Below, piece by piece: positions 41,101 through 51,600 of a DNA stretch of 64,000 nt. Under the pieces are notes generated by a model that was not told the DNA's origin, did not search any database, and saw only the letters and a list, made by a program, of their open reading frames with translations. Position 1 is the stretch's first letter; each line of letters opens with the position of its first letter. The stretch is from Thermodesulfobacteriota bacterium (GTDB lineage: Bacteria > Desulfobacterota_D > UBA1144 > Nemesobacterales > Mycalebacteriaceae), in assembly GCA_965226585.1 (NCBI GenBank), contig OZ245366.1:1184001-1248000 (forward strand), in the 5' to 3' direction. A program made the position numbers and the translations under genes.

Positions 41101-44100
41101 GCGGTCGCGCCCGCGCCGCGAGCGGTCAAAGTTCCGCCGCTTATGGATGCCGTTATGTCTCCCGCGCCTGATTTAAGGTGAACACCGTTCTGACTCGCGC
41201 CTTCCGCGACAATCTCCCCGTGTTGCAACATATCCAAACCGACATCTCCCGCGGCTACCGCTTCCGCGAAGAACGTGGTTGACCCCGTGCCAAATCTACC
41301 TACGGCTATTAATCCGTTCACAACCGCGCTAATATCTCCGCCGCCCGCAGTTACAAGCCTGACGGCTTGCGAACCGGCGCCGGCTCCCGGGGCGCGAATT
41401 ACAGACCTCTCGCCCAACAGGAAAGACAGGTCTCCGCCGCCTCTCGCAATCGCGTCCACGGCGCGCCGCGCGGCTGTTGTGCCGACTGTCTGTACCTGCA
41501 CGCGGTTGGCAATTCTAACTTCCACTCCGCCGCTGTTTGATGACAGTTCAATGGCTGTGCCGCTTGTCGAAGTAATCTCTGATAATCCTGCGGTTGTGAA
41601 TGTGCCGTCTGCGTAGAAGGTTACGGCGTCTGCGGCATCCACATCAACTACCTTACCCCCCGCGCCGCTTGCCGTTATTAAAAACGTTCCGCTGCCGGTG
41701 GAGTTGCTTATGTTGACAGTCGCGCCGCCGCCACTGCGTATGCTTACTATGTTTGTGTTGTCTGATAATGCGCGGAGAATCATCTGACCGTCTAATTTGA
41801 AGTTCACCTCTCCGCTTGTGGTTGCGATGTCAAACAGATTTTCTCCCGCCGCCGCGCCTGTAAGAGTCAGAGCGTTCGTGGTTAAACCGGCGTCAAAAAC
41901 CACATTCACGTTTCCACTGCCGGATGATGCCTTAACAAAAGAATCTGAAGTTGTCCCTGCGCCCGAATCCAGAAGGTTTATGTCTATGGTTCCCGCTCCG
42001 GTTGCTGTCGCGGCAATTCCGGAACCGCTGAATCCGTCAAGGTCTATGTCTGTGGCTCCCGTCCCGCTCGTTGTCGTGGTAATTCCGGAACCGCTGAAGT
42101 CGTCAAGTTTCATGTCTATGGTTCCCGCTCCGCCCGTTGTCGCGGTAACTCCCGAACCGCTGAATTCGCCGCCTTCAACAACGTTGAAAGTAATGCTTCC
42201 GCTTGTGCTGGTCATGATGCCTGTGCTGTCGCCGGTTGAACTGACGCTCGCGTCCGTTCCGTTCACCTGAACATTGATGTCTCCGGTTACGGTTGTCAGG
42301 TTGAAAGCTCTCGCGCCTCTCGCGCTCACCGCTTTGAAGATGTCCATTACTACATCTCCCGCGCTTGTTGACGCTTTCACAATGTCGCTGGCTCCTGATG
42401 CTGAACTCGTTCCGGTTACCGCTCTTGTTGAGTCAAAAGTTATGGTTACGTCTCCCTCTCCGTCAGTTGCTGATGTGGTTGTTACGTCAATACCGTTCCA
42501 CGCCGCAGTATCTTGCGACCTGCCGAATTGCGCGCCTCCGCTCACAGTTACGGTTATGTCTCCGCTTGCAGATTCCGCTTTCAAAGCGGTCGCGCCCGCG
42601 CCGTCCGCGCTCAAAGTTCCGCCGCCTATGGATGCCGTGATGTCTCCCGCGCCTGATCTAAGGTGAACGCCGTTCTGGTTCGCGCCGCCCGCGACAATAT
42701 CCCCGTGCTGTTGCATACTAAAAATAATATCTCCGTCGTCTGAGTCTGAACCTCTCGCTCCCACTCCCGCTTTCGCGCTAACCCCGGTTGTCCCTGAGCC
42801 GGTGCCGGTGCCTATTCTTCCGTTCACAGTAGCGGTAACATCTCCGCCGCCCCTTGTTTCAAGTTGGACTGCCACCGAATCGGCGCCTGACGTGAGAACT
42901 TCAGACCCTCTGTCCAACAGGAAAGATATGGTTCCCGTGCTCGTGCCTCTGTCCACATAGGCATCCACAGCAATCCGACCGGACTCAGTATTGGTTGTCT
43001 GTATCTGCACGCGGTTGGTAATTTGAATATCTATGGGTCCGCCATTTGAGTCCAGGCTAACGGCTACCGTGTCCGAGCCGCCCGATGCCGTAATTGTTGA
43101 GAATCCTCCGGTTGAGGCTGTGCCGCTTGCGTAGAATTCTATGTTGCTATCGGCTTTCACATCAATCGCGCTGCCACCGTGACTGCTCGACACCAAACTA
43201 AAAGCTCCGCTTCCGCCGCTGTTGGTTATGTTGACTGTCGCTCCTCCGCCGGCTCCTATTTTGACTACATTCGTGCTTCTGGCGAATCCGCCTAAGGTTC
43301 CACCGGTGGAGGAAAGAAAAGTCGCGCCTTTCACGGTGAATTTCACATCTCCGCTTGAACTTGTCAGATTGAACAAGCCGTCTCCGTCATTTGTGCTTGA
43401 AAGAGCCATAGTGCCGCCGTCAACCGTTACATCTATTTCTCCACTGCCGGAGACTGCCGTAACCGCAGACGTTTCAATTCCGGTGCTTCTTACATTTATG
43501 AGGTCTGCCGTGATTTTTCCGCTTGCGGATGAGAGGTCGGCAAGTATGGAGTTTGCTCCGGTTACCCCGACAGTTCCGGTTACATTCACATTTATAACCC
43601 CCGCGCCGGTCGCGGTTGCGGAAATCAATTTGCTGTTCGCGCCTGAAAGGACACTGCTTCCCGTTGAATCAAACTTAATGTTCACCGTGCCGCCGTCCGC
43701 CCGCGCTTTTACTCCACTGACATTTGTTGCTGAACTTCTGAGAACCGCGCTGTCTGTAATGTTGACGTTCACCTCTCCGCCGGTTGTGTTCGCGTTGATG
43801 AAGGTGGTAACTCCTCTGATTGTCGCCTCAACTCTCTCCATCACCGAATCGTCTGCAACAATTATGTTCGCGACACCCCCCGTTCCCACGCTCGCGACTA
43901 TTCCATTTGTGCCGCCTCCGCCGTCAGATCCCGATGAGGCGTTAAACCTTACAAGCGTAGAGACACCGCCCACTCCCTCTCTAAGATTTACGTCTATACT
44001 GCCTGTCGCGCTGTCCGCGACTATTCCGTTGCCTTCGTTCGCAATGGCTACGAAGCCGTGAATGTTGGCATATATTTCGCCTGACACGGAGGACAGTTTG

Positions 44101-45269
44101 GCAAGGGAGTTGTTGCGTCCGGCAATTTGCATTCCGTAATCGGTGGTGTTTGCCTCAAACTCAATTTTTCCGGAGTCTGAAGCGAGATCCGCCATTGTGC
44201 TGTCTCTGGCTGTTCCCTGCATTGTGAACGCGCTGTTGCCGCCGAAGACAACTTTTATCCCGCCGTTGGTTGTTCTTGCGCGAACACCGGTTGCCCCAGC
44301 CGCCTGACTTGCGTCTCCTCCGGCTCTGAAACGAAAAGGTCCGGGGTCTGATGCATCCATTGACCCGCCTGTGCCTATGATGGAGATATCCACATTTCCG
44401 GCGCCTGTTAGCGCCTCAATGCCTATGCCGCCTCCCGCCAGAACGAATCCGCCGGTTGTAAGTGTTTTTCCGTTAATGGTAATGTCGCCGCCGCCCGTGC
44501 TGTTGGCGTAAATTCCGACCGCGCCTTTCTCGTTCGCGGCTATCACTGATGTGGTATTCATGTTCACATCTATACTTCCCGCGCCTGAGTATGCTTCAAT
44601 TCCGTAACTTCTTACTATCGGTGTTGCTGATCCGGCATCGCCGGGGATTGTTTCGACACCTCCGGCTGTTCCGCCGCTAACGATAATCTTCGCGGCATCC
44701 CCCACCGATGTTGACGAACTTGAGAGTGTTATTTCAACATTTCCGGTGCTGTCTAAGCCGTTGGCTTTTATTGAAGTGCTTCCCCCTCTCCGCGTCCGCA
44801 AAACCACTTCGTCCCGAATATCTATGTCAATATCTCCCGCGCCCGCGCTCTTGGCTGACAGCAGTATGGTGTTCAAGTAATCATTGCCGCCGTCAAAGGT
44901 TTCTGAGTCAAACATGTCAACAGTCGCGGTTGTGCCCGCTTCAACATACAGAAGTGTGCGGTCATCCCCGCCCGGGCGAATGGTAGAGGCGGATGTGCCG
45001 GATGAGTTGTAAAGCTTAAGGGTTGCCGTTCCGCCGGATGAGATGACATTGAAAACAGCGCTGGTGAACTCGTAATCTCCCGCTGTAAATCCTGTGGCTC
45101 CGCCGTCAACAGTCATAGTTGCGTCTGTTGCGTTGCTACACAGAATTGAGGCGTTTGCGAATGTTTGCGCGCCGCAAGTTGCCTGCGCCCGCGCGCTTTC
45201 CGCGAAGGAGATTGTGAGGATGAAAAGAAGCGTTAAGACTGCTGTTCCGAAACGGCTTTTTTTGTGCAT
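38151..45269 (-). CDS. Giant autotransporter adhesin-like protein AT5 (2372 aa)
   Basis: Signal peptide ...SFAESARA/QATC, SGDI-type repeats, an internal duplication (about 40925-41230 vs 42410-42715), and a more divergent barrel ending GSVNIAF. Confidence 0.92.
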   Translation of the reverse strand: MHKKSRFGTAVLTLLFILTISFAESARAQATCGAQTFANASILCSNATDATMTVDGGATGFTAGDYEFTSAVFNVISSGGTATLKLYNSSGTSASTIRPGGDDRTLLYVEAGTTATVDMFDSETFDGGNDYLNTILLSAKSAGAGDIDIDIRDEVVLRTRRGGSTSIKANGLDSTGNVEITLSSSSTSVGDAAKIIVSGGTAGGVETIPGDAGSATPIVRSYGIEAYSGAGSIDVNMNTTSVIAANEKGAVGIYANSTGGGDITINGKTLTTGGFVLAGGGIGIEALTGAGNVDISIIGTGGSMDASDPGPFRFRAGGDASQAAGATGVRARTTNGGIKVVFGGNSAFTMQGTARDSTMADLASDSGKIEFEANTTDYGMQIAGRNNSLAKLSSVSGEIYANIHGFVAIANEGNGIVADSATGSIDVNLREGVGGVSTLVRFNASSGSDGGGGTNGIVASVGTGGVANIIVADDSVMERVEATIRGVTTFINANTTGGEVNVNITDSAVLRSSATNVSGVKARADGGTVNIKFDSTGSSVLSGANSKLISATATGAGVINVNVTGTVGVTGANSILADLSSASGKITADLINVRSTGIETSAVTAVSGSGEIDVTVDGGTMALSSTNDGDGLFNLTSSSGDVKFTVKGATFLSSTGGTLGGFARSTNVVKIGAGGGATVNITNSGGSGAFSLVSSSHGGSAIDVKADSNIEFYASGTASTGGFSTITASGGSDTVAVSLDSNGGPIDIQITNRVQIQTTNTESGRIAVDAYVDRGTSTGTISFLLDRGSEVLTSGADSVAVQLETRGGGDVTATVNGRIGTGTGSGTTGVSAKAGVGARGSDSDDGDIIFSMQQHGDIVAGGANQNGVHLRSGAGDITASIGGGTLSADGAGATALKAESASGDITVTVSGGAQFGRSQDTAAWNGIDVTTTSATDGEGDVTITFDSTRAVTGTSSASGASDIVKASTSAGDVVMDIFKAVSARGARAFNLTTVTGDINVQVNGTDASVSSTGDSTGIMTSTSGSITFNVVEGGEFSGSGVTATTGGAGTIDMKLDDFSGSGITTTTSGTGATDIDLDGFSGSGIAATATGAGTIDINLLDSGAGTTSDSFVKASSGSGNVNVVFDAGLTTNALTLTGAAAGENLFDIATTSGEVNFKLDGQMILRALSDNTNIVSIRSGGGATVNISNSTGSGTFLITASGAGGKVVDVDAADAVTFYADGTFTTAGLSEITSTSGTAIELSSNSGGVEVRIANRVQVQTVGTTAARRAVDAIARGGGDLSFLLGERSVIRAPGAGAGSQAVRLVTAGGGDISAVVNGLIAVGRFGTGSTTFFAEAVAAGDVGLDMLQHGEIVAEGASQNGVHLKSGAGDITASISGGTLTARGAGATALKAESASGDITITVSGGAQLGRAQDTAAWSGINATTTSGTDGDGNITITFDSTREATGTIDPTATFVRAETGAGDVRLNINSYVDARRSRPFFLASPLNFPQGGGAPTGGSGDIHVQVNGADAVLHMTDLGGAASGGYMQSFTGDISFNVVEGGTFNGSGILATTFDGTVSMDLTGGINPLQMGLNDFITAISSGPNGGIGVNLASDVLQGDTAAGALFTFTTAAGDVVFNVTDAQLEAALGNQLKITTVDGDIEATLAGDSTHVWSGYSESSLPIDLESTNGDIEFSVDGGMRINGYSLSSGEGNTVSAVVTTGGGSVEVVVDGGSDINGVERSDTAAGAVSTATAISARAEGGGSVTVTVEGTSSDTAEIHTTADAISIFADGGGASVTLNEYTNISGGTASLRVDKGSGSGTFSPISVAGNLSGDVFINGGGEAEFTIAATGNVIGDFTSGMGREIFINTGTFTGDFDMGAGNDEFQYQSGNFSVEEGKTYELGAGVDTFIVAEDLIFEGGLITGLGSFSVEGAINLEAITQEDAEDPDKALLSFCDADDLNCNKVTADDLSIFGKDEDGDGEGDEDTGIITGDDALPLYHFITAESVPEDKTVLQAVLDKLTFALDKGIAVQDRTSKNIILLTALLTGNDLLTYEPLVQTGWYSIRGFGKQLTGACGTGASYELEGGDGCVWASYGQRFTSQNTNYDYDGDDTFNPFEANYKYDDSSSMFTAGVQMPFDLVRITVAAGYESSSSDSMRDNYDQSMRLAASGEGDRFMAGISATRNVWWLLDVDVRAQVGHTEWESTRHNDFEEVYRAKPDLRTASGSAAVQAPIYFLDAVVVPRLELGAAYFTINEFSEIGPVDSFGRMTVREMRQLTAYVNPSVELHYPAPDKRGVNDISGYLRAGADLLGDWGKNEWTGTDPDLRDEEFDIEGTIDPIIFDYGAGVSWIAGESRRFEFKLDYGGGFGGFWGDTLVNEVKGSVNIAF

Positions 45270-45409
45270 AAAATTTCTCTCCCGATTGTTGACGCCTTAA
45301 AAGATTATGAGACGGCGTTTAAGCGTAAATATACACGCCCCCGCTCTGATATTTCAAGCATTGTTTGAGGAATTATATTGGGTGTAAAAAAAAGGGGAAT
45401 GGCGGGAGG

Positions 45410-46240
45410 GGGCAGAATGACACTTCTCTATTCCGTCATTCCGTGCTTGACACGGAATCCAGTATTCAACCGGTTAAGTAATACTGGATTCCTGCTTTCG
45501 CAGGAATGACGGAAGGGCAGAATGACACTTCTCTATTCCGTCATTCCGTGCTTGACACGGAATCCAGTATTCAACTGGTTAAGTAATACTGGATTCCTGC
45601 TTTCGCAGGAATGACGGAAGGGCAGGAATGACACTTCTCTATTCCGTCATTCCGTGCTTGACACGGAATCCAGTATTCAACTGGTTAAGAAATACTGGAT
45701 TCCTGCTTTCGCAGGAATGACGGGAGGGGGCAGAATGACTCTTCTCTATTCCGTCATTCCGTGCTTGACACGGAATCCAGTATTCAACTGGTTAAGTAAT
45801 ACTGGATTCCTGCTTTCGCAGGAATGACGGAAGGGGGCAACGGAATGACGGAGAGAGGCAACAGAATGACACTTCTCTATTCCGTCATTCCGTGCTTGAC
45901 ACGGAATCCAGTATTCAACTGGTTAATTAATACTGGATTCCTGCTTTCGCAGGAATGACGGGAGGGGGCAGAATGACACTTCTCTATTCCGTCATTCCGT
46001 GCTTGACACGGAATCCAGTATTCAACCGGTTAAGTAATACTGGATTCCTGCTTTCGCAGGAATGACGGGAGGGGGCAACGGAATGACGGAGAGAGGCAAC
46101 AGAATGACACTTCTCTATTCCGTCATTCCGTGCTTGACACGGAATCCAGTATTCAACTGGTTAAGTAATACTGGATTCCTGCTTTCGCAGGAATGACGGG
46201 AGGGGGCAGAATGACGGAAGGGCAGAATGACGGGGATGGG
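45410..46240. repeat. Tandem array of seven inverted-orientation doublets (45434, 45539, 45645, 45752, 45883, 45990, 46121)
   Basis: Period 105-131 bp with linker GGAAGGGCAGAATGACACTTCTCTATTC. Confidence 0.96.
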
Positions 46241-46244
46241 GCGT

Positions 46245-47288
46245 TCAAAACGCAAAATTGAACTTTGCGGTCAAACTGTTGACCACAGTGTCCAAACTCT
46301 TGGATATACCGCCGTCATAATCAAGGCGAAACTCCATTCTTCCTTTCCAGAAGTGAACCGCGCTTACTCCCAGTCCGTAGTCAAACATTACGCGCTCAAG
46401 GGTTCCTTTTGTTCTTAAACGCGAGCCGTCCACCTCGCCGCGCAGGTTGGACTTGGCGGGAAATATCACTATGTCCGCGCCAAAATTTGCCGATACGCTT
46501 ATCAACGTCTCCATAAAACTCGTTATTGAATGATACGCCGAAAATGACGGCGCGATATACACAACCGCATGCCCGGAGTTGTCAACCGAGAGAGCGGCAT
46601 CATCAGAACCCGCAAGGGTAACCTCGCCCAAACCGTCAAGGGCAAGATATACAACACCCGTTTCAAAACGCGGGGCGAATGAAAACCTGTCATCGCCGAA
46701 AGCCCTCTGAACCGCTCCAACCGCCGCCCATGTTCGCACATCGTTAAGACCGCGATACCTGTTGCCCGTTTCGCTTCGGGTCATATCCCATTCCGTTTGC
46801 GTGAGAGAAATACGGAAATCCGCGTCCACTATGTTTGCCACCGGAAAGGCGGCGGTGATTGCCGCGAGATAACGGCTTGCGTCTGCGTCCGCTTTTGTGG
46901 CGGTTCCGCGACCGGCAACGTCAAGGTCAAAATCCAGAATTTCGTAACCAATGCCGAAAGTAACCGCCGCCCAAGGCAGGGGAAACTGAACGCCGCCGTT
47001 AAAGGTGTAGGCGTCTTCGTTCCAGTTTAGGGTTTTTTCGTGTTTTGAAATCCGCGCTCCGCCGCCCGCCCATACGCAGATGCCGGTTTTAAGTTCCGCG
47101 CTTTCCCCCATTCCGCAACCGTCAAGCAGGGAAACGCCGAATTGTCTGTCTGAGTGGTAGCCCGATTGGACAAAGGCGTCATAGAGCAGAAGCCCTCCTT
47201 CATCGCCGCTTGCGGGGGCTGTGTGGATTAAGGTTGTAAAAATAAGCGCGAGGAGCGCAACTCCGAAAGAGGTGTCAAAACGCAACAT
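46245..47288 (-). CDS. Passenger-less autotransporter-type beta-barrel outer-membrane protein
   Basis: Signal peptide MLRFDTSFGVALLALIFTTLIHTAPASG is followed within a few residues by LYDAFVQSGYHSDRQF..GCG..GICVWA. Ends AKFNFAF. The start overlaps the upstream gene's stop. Confidence 0.85.
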   Translation of the reverse strand: MLRFDTSFGVALLALIFTTLIHTAPASGDEGGLLLYDAFVQSGYHSDRQFGVSLLDGCGMGESAELKTGICVWAGGGARISKHEKTLNWNEDAYTFNGGVQFPLPWAAVTFGIGYEILDFDLDVAGRGTATKADADASRYLAAITAAFPVANIVDADFRISLTQTEWDMTRSETGNRYRGLNDVRTWAAVGAVQRAFGDDRFSFAPRFETGVVYLALDGLGEVTLAGSDDAALSVDNSGHAVVYIAPSFSAYHSITSFMETLISVSANFGADIVIFPAKSNLRGEVDGSRLRTKGTLERVMFDYGLGVSAVHFWKGRMEFRLDYDGGISKSLDTVVNSLTAKFNFAF

Positions 47289-48330
47289 TAACTCTGCCTC
47301 TGAACCCGTGCACGAAAGTCTCAAACGAAGAACTCGCGCTGCCGTCATATTCAAACCGCAGGTTCACCCTGCCGCCTTCATCGGCTACAAAATTCATTCC
47401 CAAGCCGTAGTCATACATTACGCGCTCAATTGTTCCGTTTGCTCTGAGAGAATCGCCTCCGGCGGCGGCTCCCTTCCAGCGGGTTTCAGGGTAGTAAGTG
47501 GAAAGTATCTGCGCCCCGGCTTTGCCGAAAAGATTCATGAAATCCGTTACGGGGTACTCAATGCCAAGCGAAGGGTTCAGGTATATCAAAAACTCACTCG
47601 TGTCTTCAAATGTAATGGCATTGTCCGCATCAGAACTTCCTTCCGCTTCCTCGCTGAAAGCGTCAACGGAAAGGTATGCCATTCCGATTTCAAAACGCGG
47701 GACCAAAACAAAGTCTCCCGCGAGAACGGGTTTTTCCACCCCGCCCGCGATTGACACGGTTCTCAAATCAGGCGATGCCGTGTAAGAGTCGCTTCCCGAT
47801 GCGCGGCGGGTGTCCATTTCGGTTTGCGCTATTTGAATACGCATATCCGCGTCCATAGTGTTCAGGATGTATCTTGTGCCTTGTATTCCGGCGATAAATC
47901 TGTCTGTTGTCAGCCCGGCTTTGTCGGCTTGTCCGACTGCTTCAGAGTCAAAGTTTGAGGATTCGTAGGAGATGCCGAAATCTATTTCCGCGAAAGAAAA
48001 TGGCGCGGAAACTCCGCCGGTGAATGAGTAGGCGTCTTCGTCGTATTCAAGCGAGGTGTTGTGGCGTGTGTATCTTGCGCCGGCTGAACCCCAGACGCAC
48101 AATCCGCCGCCCATAAAACCTGTTTCGTCTGTTTCTGTGTCAGCTCCGGCGAGACAGCCGGATTTAAGTCTGCTTCCGAAAGCGGAGTCAGCATAAAACC
48201 CTGATTGTATGAGAGGGTCATAGACAAGCAGTTCGCCGTCTTGAGTCTGAGCCGCCGAGTTATGGGCGGCGAACCCGATTACAAGCAAAAGAAGGGCGAT
48301 TATCGCGCCGTTTAGCCGAAAAGAAATCAT
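47275..48330 (-). CDS. Passenger-less autotransporter-type beta-barrel outer-membrane protein, most similar to the AT2 barrel
   Basis: Signal peptide MISFRLNGAIIALLLLVIGFAAHNSAA/Q then VYDPLIQSGFY. Shares ARYTRHNTSLEY, PDLRTV..GGVEKP and LSTYYPETRW with AT2. Ends GRVNVAF. Confidence 0.87.
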   Translation of the reverse strand: MISFRLNGAIIALLLLVIGFAAHNSAAQTQDGELLVYDPLIQSGFYADSAFGSRLKSGCLAGADTETDETGFMGGGLCVWGSAGARYTRHNTSLEYDEDAYSFTGGVSAPFSFAEIDFGISYESSNFDSEAVGQADKAGLTTDRFIAGIQGTRYILNTMDADMRIQIAQTEMDTRRASGSDSYTASPDLRTVSIAGGVEKPVLAGDFVLVPRFEIGMAYLSVDAFSEEAEGSSDADNAITFEDTSEFLIYLNPSLGIEYPVTDFMNLFGKAGAQILSTYYPETRWKGAAAGGDSLRANGTIERVMYDYGLGMNFVADEGGRVNLRFEYDGSASSSFETFVHGFRGRVNVAF

Positions 48331-48419
48331 AATGAGAGTTTCTCCTGCGAGAGTGGTTGCCAATTTTCGCCTAAAAAGAGGCGAATATCAAGGGGAAATG
48401 TGGAAATACAACCTTCCCC

Positions 48420-48625
48420 CGCCATTCCGTTGCCTCCCTCCGTCATTCCGTTGCCTACCCTCCCTCATTCCGTTGCCTCCCTTCCGTCATTCCTGCGGAA
48501 GCAGGAATCCAGTATTGGTTAACCAGTTGAATACTGGATTCCGTGTCAAGCACGGAATGACGGAAGGGAGACAAGCGCGGAATGACGTGGGTGGCGTGTG
48601 TCAACAAGCACGGAATGACGGAATT
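48420..48625. repeat. Repeat cluster with CATTCCGTTGCC tandem units and one doublet (48485-48562)
   Basis: Read directly from the sequence. Confidence 0.93.
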
Positions 48626-48647
48626 GGGAAGTGAAGGACGGCGGTTA

Positions 48648-51600
48648 CTAAAACGCCAGGTTTAGCCTTCCGGTGAAGGAGTGCACAAACGTTTTGAATG
48701 AAGAACTCATCCCGCCGTCATATTCAAAACTCGCGCTCACTGCTCCGGCGCCGTCAGATGAGAAATTAAACTCCATTCCGCCGCCGTAGGTGTGGGTGGA
48801 ACGCTCAAGGGTTCCGTCAACCTGTGTGGGGTCGTCTTTTATCTTTAACAGCGACTCATGCGTCTTGTTCAAAAGTATGTTGCTTCCGGCTTTTGCCCAC
48901 ACATCCACAAACTGCTGGGCGGGGTAGCGGAACTCTATTGACGGGGCGGTGAAGATAAACAACTTGTTCTCACCCTCAACGGCTATGCCGTCAAATCCGC
49001 TCTCTGTTATTGAATCCATCGCAACATGCGATAATCCCAACTCAAGGCGCGGAGTTATGTAAATCCCGCCCACTACTGACACTCTTTCAATTCCTGCGGT
49101 TGATGACAACGCCCTCAAACGGGGAGACGAAACGGCTTCCTGCTGAACACGGTTTGATTCCACATCGGAACGGCCTACCTGAATCCCAATATCAGCAATG
49201 AAAAGATTGGCTACCGGTCTTGACGCGCCAACTCCCACCATAAAACGCTCAACTTCCGCTTTCGTTTTTACATCAGCGCCTCTCACGCCTATGTCAAAGT
49301 TTGATGTCTCATATCCGCCCGCGATGGTAACTCCCGCAATGGCAAACGGTATGGATATTCCGCCCGAAAAAGTGAAAACATCTTCCTTGTATTCAAGCGT
49401 CCGCTTGTGGCTCACACTCCGCGAGCCGGTTGTCGCCCATGCGCATCCGCCGCCCGCCATCTCTTCAACTTCGCCCTCTGTTGAACCGCAACGCCCTCTC
49501 AGTTTTGACGCGAATGCCCTGTCTGTGTGCCACGCCGATTGTATGAACGCATCGTAAGGCAGTAAGTTTCCGCCCGCTCCGCCCGGAGAAGCCAGACGGC
49601 TGAAACGTATCAGCAGGTCAAAGTCTTCATTAAATCTTGCCGAACCGCCGACTTTTGCCATTATGTTTGCGACCCTTGCCAGAACACTGTCGCGATTGCC
49701 GGAAGACAGAGACGCGGTTGTGTAAAGCGTGTAGTCAAGTTCCGTTGAGGCGTTGCTTGTTCCCATTATTGTCAAACTTGTTGCCAAGTCATCCGGTGAA
49801 ACCGCCGCGCCGAGGTTAAAAATTGTCGCCGCGCCCGCCACGGTTACGCCTTCAGAGTCCGCCGCCGGTGTGAAGTCAACCGCCAGTATGCTTTGTCCTC
49901 TGAACAACGCTCTTTCAAGACCTGTAATTGTGTCATCCGCGCTGACTGTAAGCGTTCCGGTGGTTTCAAACGTGTCTGCGCCCGCGCCGAAGTCTATAAC
50001 TCCCGCTCCCGCAAGCGTCAGCCTGCCATCGTTGTTGAAGGTGTCTGCGCCCGTGCCCATTTCCACCGTTGCGCCGCCGGGGGCAAGTGTCAAAACTCTT
50101 GAGCCAAGATTGTTGAAGGTGTCGTCTCCGCCTTTCATATCCACAACGCCCGTGAAGGTTCCGGTGTTGTTGAAGATGTCGCCGCTGCCTCCCATGTATG
50201 TGTCTCCGTCTATTTCGCCGTCATTTTGTATCTCGCCCGCGCCCGTTCCGGTCATGTTCACGGCAAACCAGGCTCCACTGACAAACGTGCCCGCGCCAAT
50301 CTCAAGTGTCATATTTCCGCCGTCTGATTTGGCGTATATCCCGCGCGTTCCGCGCGGTGTTGCGCCGTTGCCCGAAACGCGGCTTCCTGAACCGCTTAAT
50401 GTAATTGCCACATCTCCGCCGTCAGATTCGGCATATATTCCGTATGCTCTCGCGTCGCCCCTCGACTCGCCCCGGGCAGTTACATTCGCGCCGTTTGCCA
50501 CCGTAACACTCACATCTCCGCCTGTTGCGGTTGATGCGTTGACGGTTGCCGCTTCCTGGCTTACCGTCCACACTTCCGTGCCGGAAAGAACAAGGTTTGT
50601 TTCCACTCTAATCGCGTCTGCGCCGGGGCTGTTTGACCACACTTTCACATTGCCGACTGTTGCCGTTCCGCCAGCCGGGGCGAAAACACTTGCCACTTTC
50701 GCGGCTGATTGGATTGTTCCGTGTGTCCAAATCTCTCCCGTTCCGTCTCCCGTGATTGTAATATCCGCCGTGCGGGGAGCCACTGATGAAATCCCGTATC
50801 TTCCTGAGCCGCCGATTCCGGAGGTGGAGGCGCCGGCATCAGACCGCACTTTTCCGCCGCCCGTAATGCTCACCGTATCCGCTTCAATGGTGTTGCTTGT
50901 TCTTCCACTGCTCCACACCAGCGAGCCGCCGCTGACGGTAACTGTGCCCGCTCTGACAGCTTTTCCGCCGGCAACGGATTGCGCAGACACGATTGCGCCA
51001 CTGTAAATATCTGCGGTTTGCGCGATGATTGCCACGCCTCTTGGACCTCTTGCAATCACTCTTGAGTCGTCAACCACTACCCTTCCGGTTGCGTTTATGG
51101 TTGTGCCGTCTCCCGAAGAATGGGAATCCTTCCGCACTGTTGAGTCGCCGGTAACGTTCACAGACGCCGCCGCGATAACGTTGGTTGAGAAACCTGCCGT
51201 TGAAACCGTAGAGGCGTCAACATTCACGTGCCCTGTTGCATAGACCGATATGACTCTATCGGTAGCACTGTTGGACAAGACATTTGACCCGTCCGTGATA
51301 TCTACATTTCTCGCGTTGACTGTTATTCCGCGGGTTCCGGTTGTCCACACATTTGACCCGCTGATACTCACACTTGAGGTAGTCGCGTGGATGGCTCTTT
51401 TAGATCCATCCCCGTCAGCCCACACATTTGAGCCGGTAACATTTACATTTGTGCCATACGACCATAACGCCCAACCGTCTCTCGCCCACACCTGCGAATC
51501 GGTTATGTCCACGCCTGCCGCCCAAACGGCTATACCTTCTGATTCAGTCCGCACATTTGAACTGGTTATATTCACGTGTGCTGTTCGTCCCCTTATTGCC

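Noticed and set aside
45410..46240. CRISPR array
   Set aside because: The repeat is 78 bp, the intervening sequences are near-identical linkers instead of unique spacers, and there are no cas genes. The same applies to the 17.8 and 25-26 kb arrays.
50450..50465. RGD integrin-binding motifs in the adhesins
   Set aside because: RGD occurs in several paralogues at non-homologous positions, as expected by chance in very long Gly/Asp-rich proteins.
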